From assembly GCF_022045235.1 (NCBI RefSeq), contig NW_027266264.1, forward strand, positions 46,624,001-46,688,000: a stretch of 64,000 nucleotides of DNA. Direction: 5' to 3'. Shown here in pieces: positions 63,070 through 64,000 of this stretch. Position numbers and translations under genes: made by a program. Positions within the stretch are counted from its first letter, which is position 1; the number at the start of each line of letters is the position of its first letter. The DNA comes from Haliotis cracherodii (lineage: Eukaryota). Under the pieces are notes generated by a model. That model did not search any database and was not told the origin of the DNA. It worked only from the letters and a program-made list of their open reading frames with translations.

Positions 63070-64000
63070 TGCACAAATAGAGACAAGTCACTCTTAAAAG
63101 GCGTACTTGATATTAAGATCACAAATACACATGAATAACATCAGGTTTGGTGTACAGCATATATGACGTGCGGCCAGAACTGTGATATACCATGTGCCAT
63201 ATGTTATTACTCGTTCATGACACAGCGTACATCCGGGTAACTACATGGGCATGACTGTGGGTGTCATTGAAGGAACCATTGCAACAAAGCATGTAACACT
63301 TTCGTAATGAGATCCCTGCTCCTCCACTGATTGGGATATGACTGGAAGATGTACATCACACCCTAATCAAAACCCTTACCCACTGGCTACGGCGTACCCC
63401 CAGGACCCTCAACCCCCTGGGGATGATTGACCAATATGTCACTCACGGATCAGCTTTGTTAAACATGTCAGTTTTAACTACTAGAATCAATATTAACTAT
63501 CCCACACTGACTACTGAAAGGTGCACAATAAAGTCGAAAATTGGTGTTCGATATTTGCTAGCAATTCAAAAGGATGGCAGTGCCAACAGGAACTATACCT
63601 AAAAAAACACAGACTGGAGTATACCACCATTAACGGTAAGACAAGAGCAATCAATTAAGTCATTATCCTTATATATTTGCATGGAAAGTATATGCACGTG
63701 GCCGACTATGGAATTGAAATTGGATGTACTCTTAACACGTATACTTTTATTTCACTTAAAAATGTGCGAATGTGGGTATATATGACACGAGCAATTGTTA
63801 CTGGTTTACCTTTTTGGCTTGATAAACGAGCTATTGGTATCACAACAAATCAGCACCCAACTGATGTTGGTATCGATGATCATAGAAGCAACATTCAATC
63901 TGTGTCAGTTAAGCTGAAGATTGTTCCTGTTGTGATCTTTAGAGATGGCGTGTTCTACACTAACAAATCAAAATAGATAGTATGCAAGCGAATTTCAGTC

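Overview
Eukaryotic (metazoan) genomic DNA. It is AT-rich, has introns and two assembly gaps; the SINE/HINE repeat types suggest a mollusc, possibly an abalone-like gastropod (inference only). The main structure is a tandem, same-strand (minus) cluster of intronless forkhead genes whose domain best matches FoxAB. There are four intact ORFs (6772-7848, 42429-43502, 48461-49552, 60016-61122), the first codons and promoter of a fifth copy at the left edge, and a pseudogene fragment (~54190-54620). The paralogs are mosaics: the forkhead-box DNA is almost identical even at synonymous sites, while the flanks are shuffled or barely alignable. Each copy has the same promoter layout (TATA, TAATCCCC, CCAAT, GC box), and the units share an ordered set of up to three upstream conserved non-coding elements. 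One of these upstream blocks also lies, with no Fox gene, directly 5' of an apolipoprotein-L-like ORF (37059-37937). A complete 10-coding-exon KICS2/C12orf66 gene (16081-35650, ~448 aa) sits inside the cluster on the plus strand. It has a U12-type intron, a minisatellite amplified from one of its own splice donors, and a duplicated splice acceptor inside a 4.6-kb intronic satellite. The rest is TE material: three SINE families, HINE/Helentron-like elements, MITEs, and degenerate DIRS, Tc1, LINE, Penelope-like and Gypsy remnants, plus minisatellites.
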